A stretch of 60,127 nt of DNA, the filler included, from Platydemus manokwari (taxonomy: Eukaryota): the NCBI GenBank assembly GCA_037951405.1. It is 5 parts of 5 records of this genome, joined end to end, with 100 filler letters (N's around TTAATTAATTAA, not from the genome) between each part and the next. Parts side by side here need not be neighbours in the genome. Positions count along the whole stretch, not along the records: positions 30,984 to 50,631 come from JBBMOY011811389.1; positions 50,732 to 60,127 come from JBBMOY011255096.1; 3 more parts are not named here. One strand, given 5' to 3'. Below the pieces are notes generated by a model, which ran no database searches, was not told the origin of the DNA, and saw only the letters and a program-made list of their open reading frames with translations. The translations under genes were made by a program, and so were the position numbers. How positions within the stretch are numbered: the stretch's first letter is position 1; every line of letters starts with the position of its first letter. Below, piece after piece: positions 38,101-51,290 of the stretch.

Positions 38101-39162
38101 GATGTTGTTTTTAAAAATGGAAAACTATGTATGGGAAAATTCCCCGAAAATGATGACATATGTAAGTGCAATTTTAAAGGAGAAGCCATTGAAATAGTGA
38201 AATTTTAGGAAATTATCAAGGAAATAAATCAGTGCTTCGAAATTTGAGTGAATCAATATATTTGTTAACACCGTACATATAGCGATATTTACATATTTTT
38301 ACGTTGTGTGAAAAAATATAGAAAAAAAATCTATTTCCGTTTGAGATCGGTTTGATGAAACCAGGAGTTTAAATGGAAAACTTTAAAGAAGACGATATTT
38401 TGTCATTCCATCAAGGCAATAATATCTTTAAATAATAATAAAATTTTGAAAGACGTTGTTATTAAAGAGGAGAATAAAGAATCTTATGAAATTGAACTAA
38501 ATAATAATAAAAATCGAACATATCACACGAAACTATAAAATAAGAAGAGTAAAACATTAAAAAGTGGAATATTATCCTTAAACTTATGAAGCAAAACAAT
38601 AACTTTATATCAATTATATTGATATTTGGTGTTGGAGATAATGTTAGAAGCACTTAATAAATTTTACAACGGTAAATAATTTAGCAACTATGGAATGTAT
38701 TCACCGAAATAACTAGAGGGAACAAGACGTAACCTTTTGTTTATATCAAAGATGGAACGAATTATAATCGGATTCATTGACAGTGTTCTACCAAAGGTAA
38801 GCCTGCACAACAATTATGAGTACTTACTGATCATTATAAAAAAGAGACGCTTAATACAATGAGAAAAATCAGGGAAAGTTCATATTTTTTATGCAGCCTG
38901 TAGCGGATTGACAGAAATGTATGTTTTTTATTCATTTATAAAAGTTTTATAAGCACAAGTACTGTCCACCTATCGTCCATATAGCAACCTGTGTGGTTAA
39001 TGGAAACTAGTTTCCGGTTTTTCATCCTGTCATATTTTTATTACACTTTTTCCTTTGATATGATCTTCGACCTTATTTTAAGAATAATAGAATGCATACA
39101 GGCCGTAAATACATTGAAACTATTTCATCCAGTGTAAATAAAATTCACAAAATTAAAACATA

Positions 39163-40696
39163 CCGTGAATTACGTGTATTAAGACCTTACATCTATTAAG
39201 ACCCCCCCTCATTTTTAGATCAAAAATTTTAGAAAAACCTAAATTACTTTATTCGTCATATTCGAAATTCTTCTTCACTCTCAAACATATCTTTCATTTT
39301 CACGTGTTGATTAACCAGTTTTGTAGCTAATTCTTCAATTTCCTTTTCATCTGTGTCTGAGGAATCACTTTGGGCAAAAATAGCATCATCCTGAGAGCCA
39401 TCGAAGGCATTACTAATGCCCGTTTTCTTAAATGATTTGATGACAACATCTTTCTTGATGGCATCCCAGGAAGTTATCACCCATTGACAGACTTGTGAGA
39501 TTATTGGCTTCTTCAACAGGTCTGATGAAGAGATTCACTCATCTATTTGGTCCACTCCTCCTTAATATTTGCTATAAATGGTTTATTGATACTGACATCA
39601 AGAGATCGTATTTGGCTTGTAAGACCACCTGGAACGACTGCTAACTGGGTTCTCAATTCTTTAGCCTTTTGTTTTACCTCATCCGTCAAATGTCCTCTAA
39701 GCTGATCAAAAACCAAAAGAGATTTCTTCTTCAACAGGCCTCCTGGACGTCTAGACCATACCTTATTGAACCACAAGTCCGTACATTACTGGTCCATCCA
39801 TCCTTTTGAATGAACATAAATCAGTACTCCTGGGGGATTTTGTCTTTAGACAGGGTTTTACGTTTGAAGATTGAGAGTCTAGGCAACTTGGTGCCATCAG
39901 TCATACAGGTCAAAACATAGATTAAATGACTTTTTTCATGACCTGTTGTACGAATTGCAATTATCTTGGCTCCTTTCTCATCAATTGTGTGATTATCAGG
40001 AGAGTCCAAATTCAGAGGCGTTTCATCCATATTGTCTATTTGCGACAATTCATAGCTAAACTGCTGCCGAGTATTGATGACAAATTTGTGGAAAGATAGG
40101 ACATTTTCTTCATAGAATTCAGGCATCCATTGGGATAACTTTGTTCTTGTTCTTATTGCCAATAGCACCAAACTGGACCTCCCTTAAAGTCAGTAATATC
40201 TTGAGCTTATGCATTTTCTTAGACTCCTGCATGACCATCTTAGTTGAGACTATAATGCCTTCCTGACGGTGCTCAAGAATCCAAATTTTCAATTCCTCTT
40301 CAAGTTTTAGCCACTTTGCTCCATGTTTTGACAAATGATCTTCTTATTTCTGTCATGTCCTGATCATCTTGGCAGTAGGTGGAGGCCAAAACTCAAGCTC
40401 TATTTCCATTGATTTTGGCAAATTCAACCACTTTTAGCTTGTATCTTGCAGTATAGGAATTTCGCCTTTCAGCCTTTTTACGGGAATCAAAAAATTGCAT
40501 ACAAATTTGTTAGCCGAAATATCAATTTGTTGTGTAGCATCATAAAGCAGCTGAATAACGGCAGAAAACTAGCTAATCACATGCATTAATGGTTGATCCA
40601 GCAAGCCAAGTTGCTGATTACACCTATTAAGACCCCCTGGATTTTAGACTGAATTTTTTTGCAAAAAAGGTAGGTCTTAATACCCGCAATTGACAG
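39163..40696 (-). mobile_element. Full-length but inactivated pogo/Tigger (POGK-like) DNA transposon
   Basis: Imperfect TIRs ccgtgaattacgtgtattaagacct (from 39163) and ctgtcaattgcgggtattaagacct (reverse complement, ending 40696), each flanked by TA. Frameshifted transposase: Brinker-like RRNSYTARYKLKVVEFAK, CENP-B HTH KWLKLEEELKIWILEHRQEG, NMDETP, LLVFDQLRGHLT, VPGGLTSQIRSLDVSINKPF. Confidence 0.95.
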
Positions 40697-41269
40697 TAAT
40701 TCACATTTTTAATAATACGGGCTTATCTAGAATAAATAAATAAATAAAAATATTTTAAAAATAAAACTCACTGCATTTTATAATGCGTTGAGTACAATAG
40801 CTCGAGCGTAGCAGAGCTAATTAACTGCAGAAAAGCAGAGGTGACTATCAAATCGATGAGAAAAGAAAGAAATCTAAATATAATTACGGTCTTTTGGTTT
40901 CTTTCATTTCACATGCTTCTCACAGAGATCCCCGCATGGTTTGATTCGACTTTAAACGAGCACCAATGATCTCATCCAGTAACTAATTTAGATTTGGTTG
41001 AAACAGTTGAAGAAGAGGAAGAAGAGGATTTTTTATTTGAAATATAATAACTATAGAACTAAACAAAAAAATTTAAATATGATAATAAGTTATTTTAATA
41101 ATGATGATAAATAAATAGAAAATTAGATATTAAAAAAAATTGATACACTTTTAGATGTAGATTAACTCTTGGAATTTAACAAAGAAAAGTTGGTGTTATC
41201 TAGAACTGCAAAAACAGATACAAAAGTAGAAAATTTCATCAATGCTCATGTTAATTTTTATTAAAACAA

Positions 41270-41700
41270 AGAATTATTAAGCCACTGTAGAATGCTTATG
41301 TGAAGGGAACAAAACCCTCAAGAAATTGGAGATATGTTGAATAGAGACGAAATCTCACGGAAGAAAAGCTATATTTTACCTTGACACCCTTATTTTAGCA
41401 CTTTAAACGTTTGCATATCGGCACAACTATACAGGCATAACAACCAACCAATCGCAGAAGGATTAAATGGAAAATTCTAATCCGACAAATGGACATAGCC
41501 ACACATTAACACACATAGAAATTGACCAATTCCAAGTACACATAATCAATAAATTCAATTGAAACTTAACAAATCAAAGATCAAATTAAAGAGAGATACA
41601 AAAATTGCACACAAATCTCAAGTATGAATACTGATGTAAAGATGTTCAACTACCACTTGGGTGACAAGTTCTATGTTGTTATTTTATATTGATTTATGGA
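41270..41700 (+). mobile_element. Degraded LTR-retrotransposon integrase/3' fragment
   Basis: Remnants resembling TTxYxPxxNGxxERLN (cacaactatacaggcataac...gcagaaggattaaatgg) followed by the repeat shared with 15890-16080. Confidence 0.4.
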
Positions 41701-42560
41701 GGAGCCATTTATGTGTGTATCGATTCTTTTGAATCTCAACAATATTATAAGAGTGAGATATTGTTTAGAAATAAGGTTTTGAATTCACGGTTAACTAACA
41801 ATAACATATTGATGTTTATTTCATTTTTCTAATGATGTTGAGAAACAATGTAGGAATCTCGATTTTTATTAACCCTGGCATTAAATGCCCATTAGTATAT
41901 GTTCATTACGTAATAGATAACCATAAGTGTTCTAAATGAAACTAAAATTTTATGATATTCAAGAAATAAATTTTTATTTACTCGGTTTAAACCGCTATTG
42001 GAATGTATATTTAAAGTACATCACTGAAATGGTAGATTTTATGTAGAGTCCTACGGAAAGTTATCTACCTCTTAAAATTCTTACCCCGGCTTTTTGATAA
42101 AATCTTGTAATTGTTACGGCAACAGGTCGAACAATAATAAACCAATACCAACTCAAGTGTCACTGATAATAATGAGCTAAATATCAGTGCTATGCCAATC
42201 TAAATCCTGAAATTCAGATCAAAACCTTAATTCTTAGATTCAATCCAAGTTGGAAAGTATATATGGATAGTAAACGTTATAATTTATTTGATCCTTTATT
42301 GTGAAAATTTATCGTTGATGTATAAAACTTTGATCTTTTCTTTTATTATTGTAAATCTTTTTAATCGGTAAACTTGGGCAGTTATTATCATTTGTTTTAA
42401 TTTTTAATATTGGTCTGTAAACCAAAAATTCCAACAATTTATTTGTCAAACATTTCACACAAACATTTTTCAGTTCAATTATTTATTTATAATTGCTTCG
42501 GTTAAATTATTTAAATTTAATAATTGATAATTTTTATTAACTTTATTTTTAATTATTCAG

Positions 42561-44155
42561 GTTCCTCTTTCGGGTAAGATTGAAAATCTGTATACTTCAT
42601 TGAAAATCGTTTTTTTGCTTGTTTGGTATTTTAGTTCTTCTTTCATGAGCGGGCTTGGAAACCAATCTTCGAACAACACGTCCAATGTTTTTGCAGCAGC
42701 AAGCTCTCATGCATCTCAAACTGGTAAATTGCTATGGAAACAAATCATAACACAAAAATCATGATCAATTTAGGAACTACAAATCTGTTTGGTACTAAAA
42801 ATCAGACCAATCAACCGACCATTCAGACCAACCTGTTCAGTTCGTCTTCACCACAGACCAGCTCTATTTTCGGAACGAACAGCGCCGCAACTCAGCCATC
42901 ATCGTCGCTTTTCGGTTCGAAACCCGTATTTGGCGGTGCAAGTGATAGTTTTAATAATAATGCACAACGTGGGGGATTGTTTTCGAATTCCGTGTTTGGC
43001 AATTCGAACAAGTAAGATTTCTTCATATCTTTTCGTCTTCATTAAAATCAAACGAAAAATTCAATCTGGTGCGTGGGTATCTCGCCATTTTACAGTTGAT
43101 TTTTATCCAAATAAATTTACAATCGATGGCTATTTGAACAAAAGGAAACTCATTTTTGTGTGTGCCAGTGTGGCTGATATTCATTTTTATAAATCCATTC
43201 AAATGAATTGATCATTACCATTACTAATGCTGACCACCTGGACCAAAATAATCCTGGGTTCATCTATAGCTTATAACTTATCATAGTACAGTTTTTAATA
43301 TTGATTTTATTGTGTTTATATTGTTTTATACATCCATAAATGACACAGAATGGAAATATTTATAATATGGATTTTATTATAGTTATATTTTTTATTGTGT
43401 AAAATAATACATAAAATTGTGATGGATGAATTGGTACTGATGAGCTGGATCCAGGCACTAGTAGGACTTCAATTAAAAGTCGTTGATTCACTAGACAGTA
43501 CTTGGTACCAAAGTTTAAGATGGAATACACTTAAATTTACCCGTTTTATCTTTTAAAATTATAACTCATTACACAGATGATGAGTCGAACAGCTTGCCTT
43601 AATTTCGAAGTCATTTATTTAGATGACTGATTTCTGATAACTGTAGTTTAAAGTCAATTAAATGTTTGCTCTCTGTTCCAAGTAGAAATAAATATTCGGT
43701 TGAAATGAAAATTTGTGATTTTCAATTCTCTATTGAAAGAATGTTTCACGATAAAATGGCGAACAAATCCATCACGACTTGAGCACAATCAATACTCACT
43801 GTTTATCAACATATTTTTATGTATTACTAATATCTAAGCCAAATATGGCTTTTCACTTGACATAATGGTGGAATATCAATTTTCTTATATTTGATATTTT
43901 TCGTTTGCTAATAATAAATCGATTTATAATAATAATAAAAATTAAATTTTTTATATTTTTCATTGCAGCAATCAAATGACATTCGGTGAAATGGCCACAA
44001 ACAATGACAAACTTCAAACTTTTGGAGGGAATTCCACGAACATCAATTCAGGAAATCTTTTCCAATCGGCAACAAGTTATTTTTTTATTAATATGTTAGC
44101 TCATTGTTGACTTTTTTCGATTTCAGGTCCGTCATTTACACAGCGAAGAATGTAA
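42561..44155 (+). CDS. NUP214: FG-nucleoporin NUP214, C-terminal exons only: 42561-42573, 42635-42723, 42774-43011, 43969-44075, 44127-44155
   Basis: In-frame splice product GSSFGSSFMSGLGNQSSNNTSNVFAAA..TTNLFG..FGSKPVFGGA..QMTFGEMA..SPSFTQRRM*. FxSGLG..NxF, FGSxPxFGG, TFGxxA and a terminal F-x-x-x-R are typical of the NUP214 tail. All four introns are GT-AG; AATAAA follows the stop. Confidence 0.8.
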
Positions 44156-45659
44156 AATAATAAATATTGGATAGAAATAATAAATATTTTGGATTATTGT
44201 AGATTAATAAATTTTCTAAGTTTTGATTTGTTGTCATCGTTTTAGAATTATTTCTTTATTTATTGATTTTTTTAGCAATTTGAATGTGTGCCAATAATAT
44301 TTAGATTTTTATGAACTAATTATTTTAAATGATGCACTAAAAATATTTTAAATCCAAAAAATATCCAAGTCAAATATAATGTTTTATGTTCCTCAGTCTC
44401 GTGACTCAAAGTATTTCTGATTAATGTGTTTAAATCTTTAATTTCTCTAAACTCAACTCATTTTAAGTATTCTAGTTATATTGAAATATTTCTCTAATAA
44501 CGGATAAACTGTGGTTTTTAATTATTATTTTGATAAGTTGAAGATAGAAATTTAATCAATTCACGGCTTTTTATTAGTTATAGATTTTACACACCGGGTT
44601 TAAGCATTAAATTTTGAAGTTGATATTCATCTTACAGCGCAATAGCTGTTAGTATATGTCAAACAAATATAAAGTACGACGTACACAACGCAATTAAAAT
44701 CTACTGTGATTAAATCAATCTATTTATCAAAAGGCTAGTTTGATAATTTGAAATTACACGAATAAAAGACGAGTTAATCTAAATATCGAATGATCACGAC
44801 GCGCTTTAATTATTTATTCGTACATTTGAAACGATTAAGCTAAATCCATAAGTAAAATCTTATGAAAATATTGGTCTGTAAGTTATAAAAATTTAAACCT
44901 AACGTGTTCTAATTAAAGAAATTATTAATGTTCGATGTAACCAGTCTTGAAGTTAAGTTGGTATATTGATAATACTACTTTCTATTTGATAATTTTAAAT
45001 CAAGCAAAAATTAATTTGAATTTACGCACAAAAAAATTTGGCTAATGTTAAGAAAGGGAGCCTAAAATAAAATTTTAAATTTGTTGAGTGTATTGCAAAA
45101 ATCTATATAGTTTATTTAATTTTATTTTAAAAACAATTATAATTTTTTTATTTAAGTACTTAAGATGAATTTAGGTTGTTTGAAATCAAATATCAAATAT
45201 GCTAGAGCTTCAAAATCTCCTAGAATTTGATTATTTGAAAACAGATCAAAGTAGGTCGAAATGAAATTTATTGGAAATTAGAGAAGACCCTTTATTTTAA
45301 CACTAGAAGAAAATATGGGATATTCTATATTTTTACAATTATTTTATAAAAATAAGCAATGATATTATTAAACATGTCTGTTGTTAACTAACACGATTTA
45401 TAATTAAAATATTTAAATTTAAAAAGTCAAATAATCATAATCGAAGTGTCGTGATTAGAATAGGAACTTGGTTTAAAACAATGGATTGTATATATTAGAT
45501 ATCATAAAACGTGAAATATTAGCTGAATTATACGAATAAATCAAACATCGCAGTTATATATAAAATTAAGTCTTAAAATTATGACATGCGCGAAATTTCC
45601 TTATTACGAAAGTAACTCGAAGGACCCCTTTTCTTAACTTAAGCCAAAAATTTAATAAA

Positions 45660-47050
45660 ACAAATCATTTAAAATTTAAAAACAACTAATTAATAAACGA
45701 AAATTTTAACAAGAATTTAAAATAATTTGCTTTGGATTTTTATAATTCTTTCCACATCTGTATTATAACGAAATGGTGATGTTTTTTGTCTCTTCAGTAT
45801 CCACACATAATAGTATGATGATTTATTTTAAATCCGGATGTCTTTGATTTTGTGTAACAAATTAAATGATGTACTTATATTGCAGTGGCGAACAAGGGGA
45901 AAAGACATTTTAAATTATTCCAATTTAGAAAATTTTCTCCGAACTCTTTCATCCGACTTTAAGTTGTCCTTGATAAGGGACCAGAGAAGTCATTCAGATT
46001 TATCAATTTTTGATTGGGAAAATGTGTTGGATTACTCTGGTTACAACAGTATCAGTTTGGTTAATTTGTCTTGAATGAAATCTCCAACCAGATGTCGATA
46101 AGTCATAGAAAATATTCTACCACCATCAAGCTACGCCATCTAACACAATGGATTGATAAGTTGCGTCTTTGGGCATTCCAAATAATGGACAATCATTCAT
46201 TAAGAATAAGTTAATTAATGGGTCCTGACTTTCAAATATATGAAATCGATTAATTAAATCCATTAAATTGATAATATATTTTATTTGATGTTGATTGATA
46301 TCACTCGTTGATTGTTTTAATAGTTTGATAAAGGGAAACCAGTCGCTATTCTGAAAGAAAACTGTGATAGAAAAACATAATTTAAAATTAATTTTTGAAG
46401 AAACGAATGAGACTAAATCACACTGGACAATATGCGATTTAATTTTAACAAAGATCATTGAATGTGTTGAAACCATATTACCGTAAATTATTGTTTTCAA
46501 CCTTGGCTGATCGTTTGAATGAATACGCCTGATTTTTTTTGGTAATTTATGAATTTTCATTTATCTAGGCAAACAAATATAATAGAGCTTTGAAATCGTC
46601 TCTAGATGTGAGCTGTGTTATTAATAAATTTATAGATTTTTTTAATAATAATGTCTTTGTGAATCATTTTATACCGATGGATTGTAATTAGAATCAATCA
46701 CTGTCGATGAGAGAATTTAAAAAACATCGTCCCAAGTATAATTTTACAATGATTTATCATAAAACATTGCTTACAATCATCTGCCTAAAAACAACTAAGC
46801 CGGAGACATCACACAAACGTGTTCATAAAATCAACCTGTTAGTAACGTTATTTTTCATTCAGAGAATGTCGCCATTATCATACACTATTGTCACTGGAAA
46901 GATTCGAATCATTTTCTTATTAGAATTTCCAAAGAAAATTAATAATATTCTCACTTGTAATTCGATTGGTTTGAAATCTTTTGCAAAATATATTAATGTA
47001 AACCTGATCATTGATTCAGGTATCGATTATATTAAATTAAGTTTCAGTTG
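45660..47050 (-). mobile_element. Probable decayed LINE 3' region (post-RT and C-terminal zinc-finger-like segment)
   Basis: Long, stop-interrupted minus frames starting LKLNL and ending LCVDTEETK..HHF, resembling the CxxC..EExxH motif of LINE ORF2; includes ORF 46126-46560. Confidence 0.4.
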
Positions 47051-47135
47051 ATAAGATTTTCTTAAAGGGATCTACAATTTGACAACAACACAAATATTTG
47101 AGCAAGAGCAGTCTTATATCAGAGAAACATAAATG

Positions 47136-49740
47136 TGGCGACGAGATCGAACTGTTTATCAAAAACTGAAACTAATATTTCGAGATGAGTAAGATCTCCA
47201 GACAATTAATGAATTTGGTTGCATATCCCCTACTAGATCATAGTCCGAACTAGTTATGGAGGATATTTCGAGAAATTTTGGTAAACTATGGAATGTCTTT
47301 GGTTAAAGGAGATCCGAGGCACAAGATTAGCTGAAAGTTTTCCAATGCCAAAGGAAATAGAAATGGTAGAGATTTCCTTCAGTTAAATGAAACAAAAATC
47401 GTCAACATTATGAATTACAAGACTACCAAGGGAAATCTGATCATTGCACAGATAATGTGGAGTTAGTAAAATATAGTATTGATTTGCTATTAAAGAATAT
47501 CCGAAGACAAAAAGGTGATAAAAAGCTGGTTGAAGTCCAAAAAATTTGAGCAAAGTGAGATCCGATGAAAGGATAGCAAGAAGAAAAACAAACCATAAGG
47601 TAAAGAGTATGTAAGGTGAAGAGAAATCAAAACGTGCTGCTATTGTAAAAACTCAGGGCATACATTTTAAAATTGCAATAGGTCAAATGTTTTGATTTGC
47701 TTTAACTGTGATGAGCAGGTTCACATAGGCAGCAACTGTCCGGGCTCAACTATGTCAATATCGAGGACATCATAAAAACAAATGCTTTATTAACATGTAT
47801 AGCAGAAACATTATACACAAGAGAAAGAATAATATAATTGATCAAGACATTTTAAAGACTTAGAAACAAACATTAAGAGTGAGAGACTTCAAAAGAGGAT
47901 TCAGTGAGGTTGTCAGGAAACAAAATTACAAAAGCGGATGACAACCTCTGAACTCAGAAGAGTGGATCCGAGTAATGCAATAGGAAATAATGTTGATCTT
48001 GATCAGGATAGCCTGAGTATCAGGGTTTATATTAGTAATTATAATATAAGTAGATCGAATAATAACAAATTAATAAAAGAGACAATAGAATTAAATTTAA
48101 TGACGTAAATTGCCAGAAAAAAGGATATGAAATGTAAAATTGAAAATGAGAACACTCCAAAAATAAATGAAAGAGTAAAATTGAAAATAATAAAATGCAT
48201 ACTTCTAAGTAATTAGTGCTCTAAAGATTTTTAGATTATAGGACGCAAGAAAGGTCCAGAAATTGAAGTTGGAAAATTCTTTGACAGAAGGAGAGCATAC
48301 TTATACACCGGCAGGCAGGCAGCAACGAGCAAGATATTCCACAAAAAAGATATTCCAGAACTGATTGTGGAAATATGGAAGCAAGTATAGGCTTCAGCAG
48401 TGATTAAGGGATTTATTAAAACGGGAATACTGGACAAAGATGGTGATGATGTGAGTATAAGAGAATGTGATATTTTAGATGATGAAGGGCGTTCAATCTT
48501 GTTATACATTTTTAATTTAATTAGATATATTAGTTTAACAACTCATTGATAGGGTGCACCTTATAGCTAATGCGCCTTATTTATGAAAATATTTTAGACA
48601 AAGTCCATTTTTAAGTTGCACCTTATTAATTCACCAAATACGATATGTCTGGATTTAAGATAATTAAATTTAAAATCCAAAAAACACGAGTTTTCAATGC
48701 CAAACGTAGACGACATGCCAGATGTATTATTCTATTCTAAATACGTTAATTGACTTTGGTAATGCCTACTGGCGAGTAGAAATAAAATAAAAATTAGAGC
48801 TTCCAATATTGTTTTCAAAAGAATGCCATATTAGATTGCATCAGAGCTTGGTACTAATAATGAAACTACTTGATGATAAACACACACTGGTTTGGTTAAA
48901 CGATACACTAATATTTTAAATAAAGATAGAAGAGAACTACAAAAGCTTAGGAAGAGTAATAGAGGAAAATTAAAAGACTACAATGTGTATTGAATTTAAG
49001 AAGCTTCTTAAAGAAGTCAAAAGGTTGAAAGTGTTATGTGGAAAGAATTACAAAAAATTAATCTGACTAAGCATTTAAAGAAACCAAAAAAGATCTAGCA
49101 TTCTCAAACCTTGATAGATACCTATGTAATAGTATCAGTGATTCTGAATGGTTTGAATCACAAAATATAAAAGATGTGGCTTTTATAATGGAGCAGATTT
49201 ATAATTCTCTAGTCTATATCATCACAAGTCAAATGAATTCATTGAAAATGTAGTTCAAAATGATAACAATTAAGGAAATTCAACACCGAAATCGGGTTTA
49301 AATGCTACCAATAACTGAATTCTACCAAATACATTGAATGCTACGGTATGATGGAGGTTATATTTGGGGAGAAAATAGATCAGCAGTAAATCGTACGGTA
49401 TTTAAAGAAAAAATTTAAAGAAAGACTTAATAAATAGAGAAACGATGGAAATAATTAAACGCAAATTTAAGACAGAGCATTGATAAAAAGAAGTACGAAC
49501 TCAAGACCAAAAATACAAGTTAGAAGTAGTAGCAATGAACCATTAAATGAAACATTGGTTACAATATGGAAACGGTACAGTGGTAACATATGGATGCGTT
49601 GAAAATGAAAGACTTTTAAAGAAGGTATTATGAATATTTTAAAATAATGAAAAATTAAATAATACAAAACACGGATTTTTAGAATGGTTCTTAAGGAGCG
49701 CCAAGAGTCTGTTTTCAAATTAAAATTAATTCGACAGGAA
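47136..49740 (+). mobile_element. Heavily degraded Ty3/Gypsy element (PBS, gag zinc knuckles, RT and integrase remnants)
   Basis: PBS-like tggcgacgag at 47136; CCYCKNSGH and CFNCDEQVHIGSNC knuckles at ~47635-47745; FSMPNVDDM..IDFGNAYWRVEI at ~48690-48785; SLYHHKSNEFIE at ~49210; cttaaggagcg purine-rich end near 49690. Confidence 0.8.
48230..48645 (+). mobile_element. 3' fragment of a second pogo/Tigger element nested in the Gypsy relic
   Basis: YTPAGRQQRA..IVEIWKQV*ASAVIKGFIKTGIL (pogo DDE C-terminus), then a Tigger-like end gtgcaccttata...gttgcaccttattaattcaccaaatacgata. Confidence 0.65.
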
Positions 49741-50556
49741 CAATGTACGTGAGCAGAGAAGAACAAATGAAATTTTAATAAAAAGTAAAATAATTGTGGC
49801 TCTCTCTCGTTATACAAATGCATAAAAGTGATAATAATTTTTATGTTCGAACTGAAATAAAAAAAATAGATAGGCACATAAATCTCGCCATTACATCCAA
49901 TATCTTGACTAAAATAACATGCTGTTAAAGTTGCGTAAATACGATCACAAATCTAATTCGTTTTAAAATCATTCTTACCCGTTAATTCGGTTAAGATCTG
50001 GTTTTATCATCAGATACAAGCAATGTGCAATTATCAATTTAAATATCGATTTAATATTTTCAGAACAGTCAAAGTAAAATGTTTGATAACTCCTTTGTTG
50101 CAAAATCTCTCATCGAATTGATTTGAACCAGTCAACGATGGACAACTAATAGTTTTTCTTTACTGATTATAGAGTCCAGAGGCCAAAAAATATTGACAAA
50201 GAACTTAATCGACCTTCTCTATGTAAGGTAGAGCACATCTTACTGTATAAACAAGTTTTCAAAACAATTACAAAAATTTCACTCTATAATAATAATGCAC
50301 CACAATTAAGAAAAATTAACAAAATGGCTTAAAGCGTATAAGCCGCAACTATTTTATAGACTACACAATGAATACAAATTGAAACGTCACGATAACAAAT
50401 TAGGTTTATAATTCAAAGTATGTAAACAAATAAATATTTTTATAAAATTCTGATTCAAATTTTTTCAAATTTCTAATTTAAAATCCTCACATCTTCCTTT
50501 CTTTAAAATCTTTGATTTTCTATGAATTCTTAATAATCTCTGCATTAAATTATCTA

Positions 50557-50631
50557 TTAGGTTGGTGCAAAAATAATGGCCTTTTTTAAATTGGCTTTTC
50601 ATTTTTAAATATTAAATTGAAGATCTTATGA
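50557..50631 (+). mobile_element. Mariner (Hsmar1/MADE1-like) terminal inverted repeat running into the gap
   Basis: TA followed by ttaggttggtgcaaaaataatggcc, close to the mariner TIR TTAGGTTGGTGCAAAAGTAATTGCGG; partner TIR not seen. Confidence 0.7.
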
Positions 50632-50731
50632 NNNNNNNNNNNNNNNNNNNNNNNNNNNNNNNNNNNNNNNNNNNNTTAATTAATTAANNNNNNNNNNNNN
50701 NNNNNNNNNNNNNNNNNNNNNNNNNNNNNNN
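50632..50731. other. Assembly gap with TTAATTAATTAA linker
   Basis: Directly visible. Confidence 0.98.
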
Positions 50732-51074
50732 ACTAAATATGAAATTTAAAAATTATTAAGATTAACGCGTCACTTCACTCACAATTGTGTACGAAAATTT
50801 TATTACTGGTGTTGAATAAAAGTCATATATTTTTCTAAAGTAGATTTCAAAGCTGTGTCTGGTTAATCTAAATAAAAATAATCATTTGATTATTATTAAA
50901 TATATATGTATATATATAAACGATTGAAATGACGATTGAAATGAGTAACCAAACAAAAGACTAATTGGTATCAACAAGAAAATAGAATTCCTAATTGTCA
51001 GGCAGCTACAGTTTCACATCTGCATATTTATGTTCCGTGCACAAAAGAGAGCCATGGTTAGAATAAAGTTGATA

Positions 51075-51290
51075 AAGTTGAGAATAATACACAAGTGACC
51101 GACTAAACAAGAATGGCAGTTACTCATGGAACTCAATCTCTTTTATAGACCTATTGGGTGTGTCTGCTTGATGCCACGGGTCTTCGTTTTTCATTTCGTT
51201 GAATTCGCTCGTACATCGGTCTATTGCAGCTTTCCTAGTATCCCTTATGACATTGGCAGATATTTGAGTTTACTGCCATTTGCAGGTATG
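51075..51290 (+). repeat. Dispersed repeat, copy of 16300-16520
   Basis: Same ordered blocks; the two short ORFs both contain IGRYLSLLP. Confidence 0.8.

Noticed and set aside
42734-43211. ORF-track proteins 42734-43015 and 42789-43211 as standalone genes, or a NUP98 call
   Set aside because: The first is a NUP214 exon read with intron sequence and the second is an alternate frame. The FG region is C-terminal with no GLEBS motif, which fits NUP214 rather than NUP98.
49467-49877. 136-aa minus-strand ORF
   Set aside because: Antisense to the purine-rich Gypsy relic; Phe/Leu/Ile bias is compositional.
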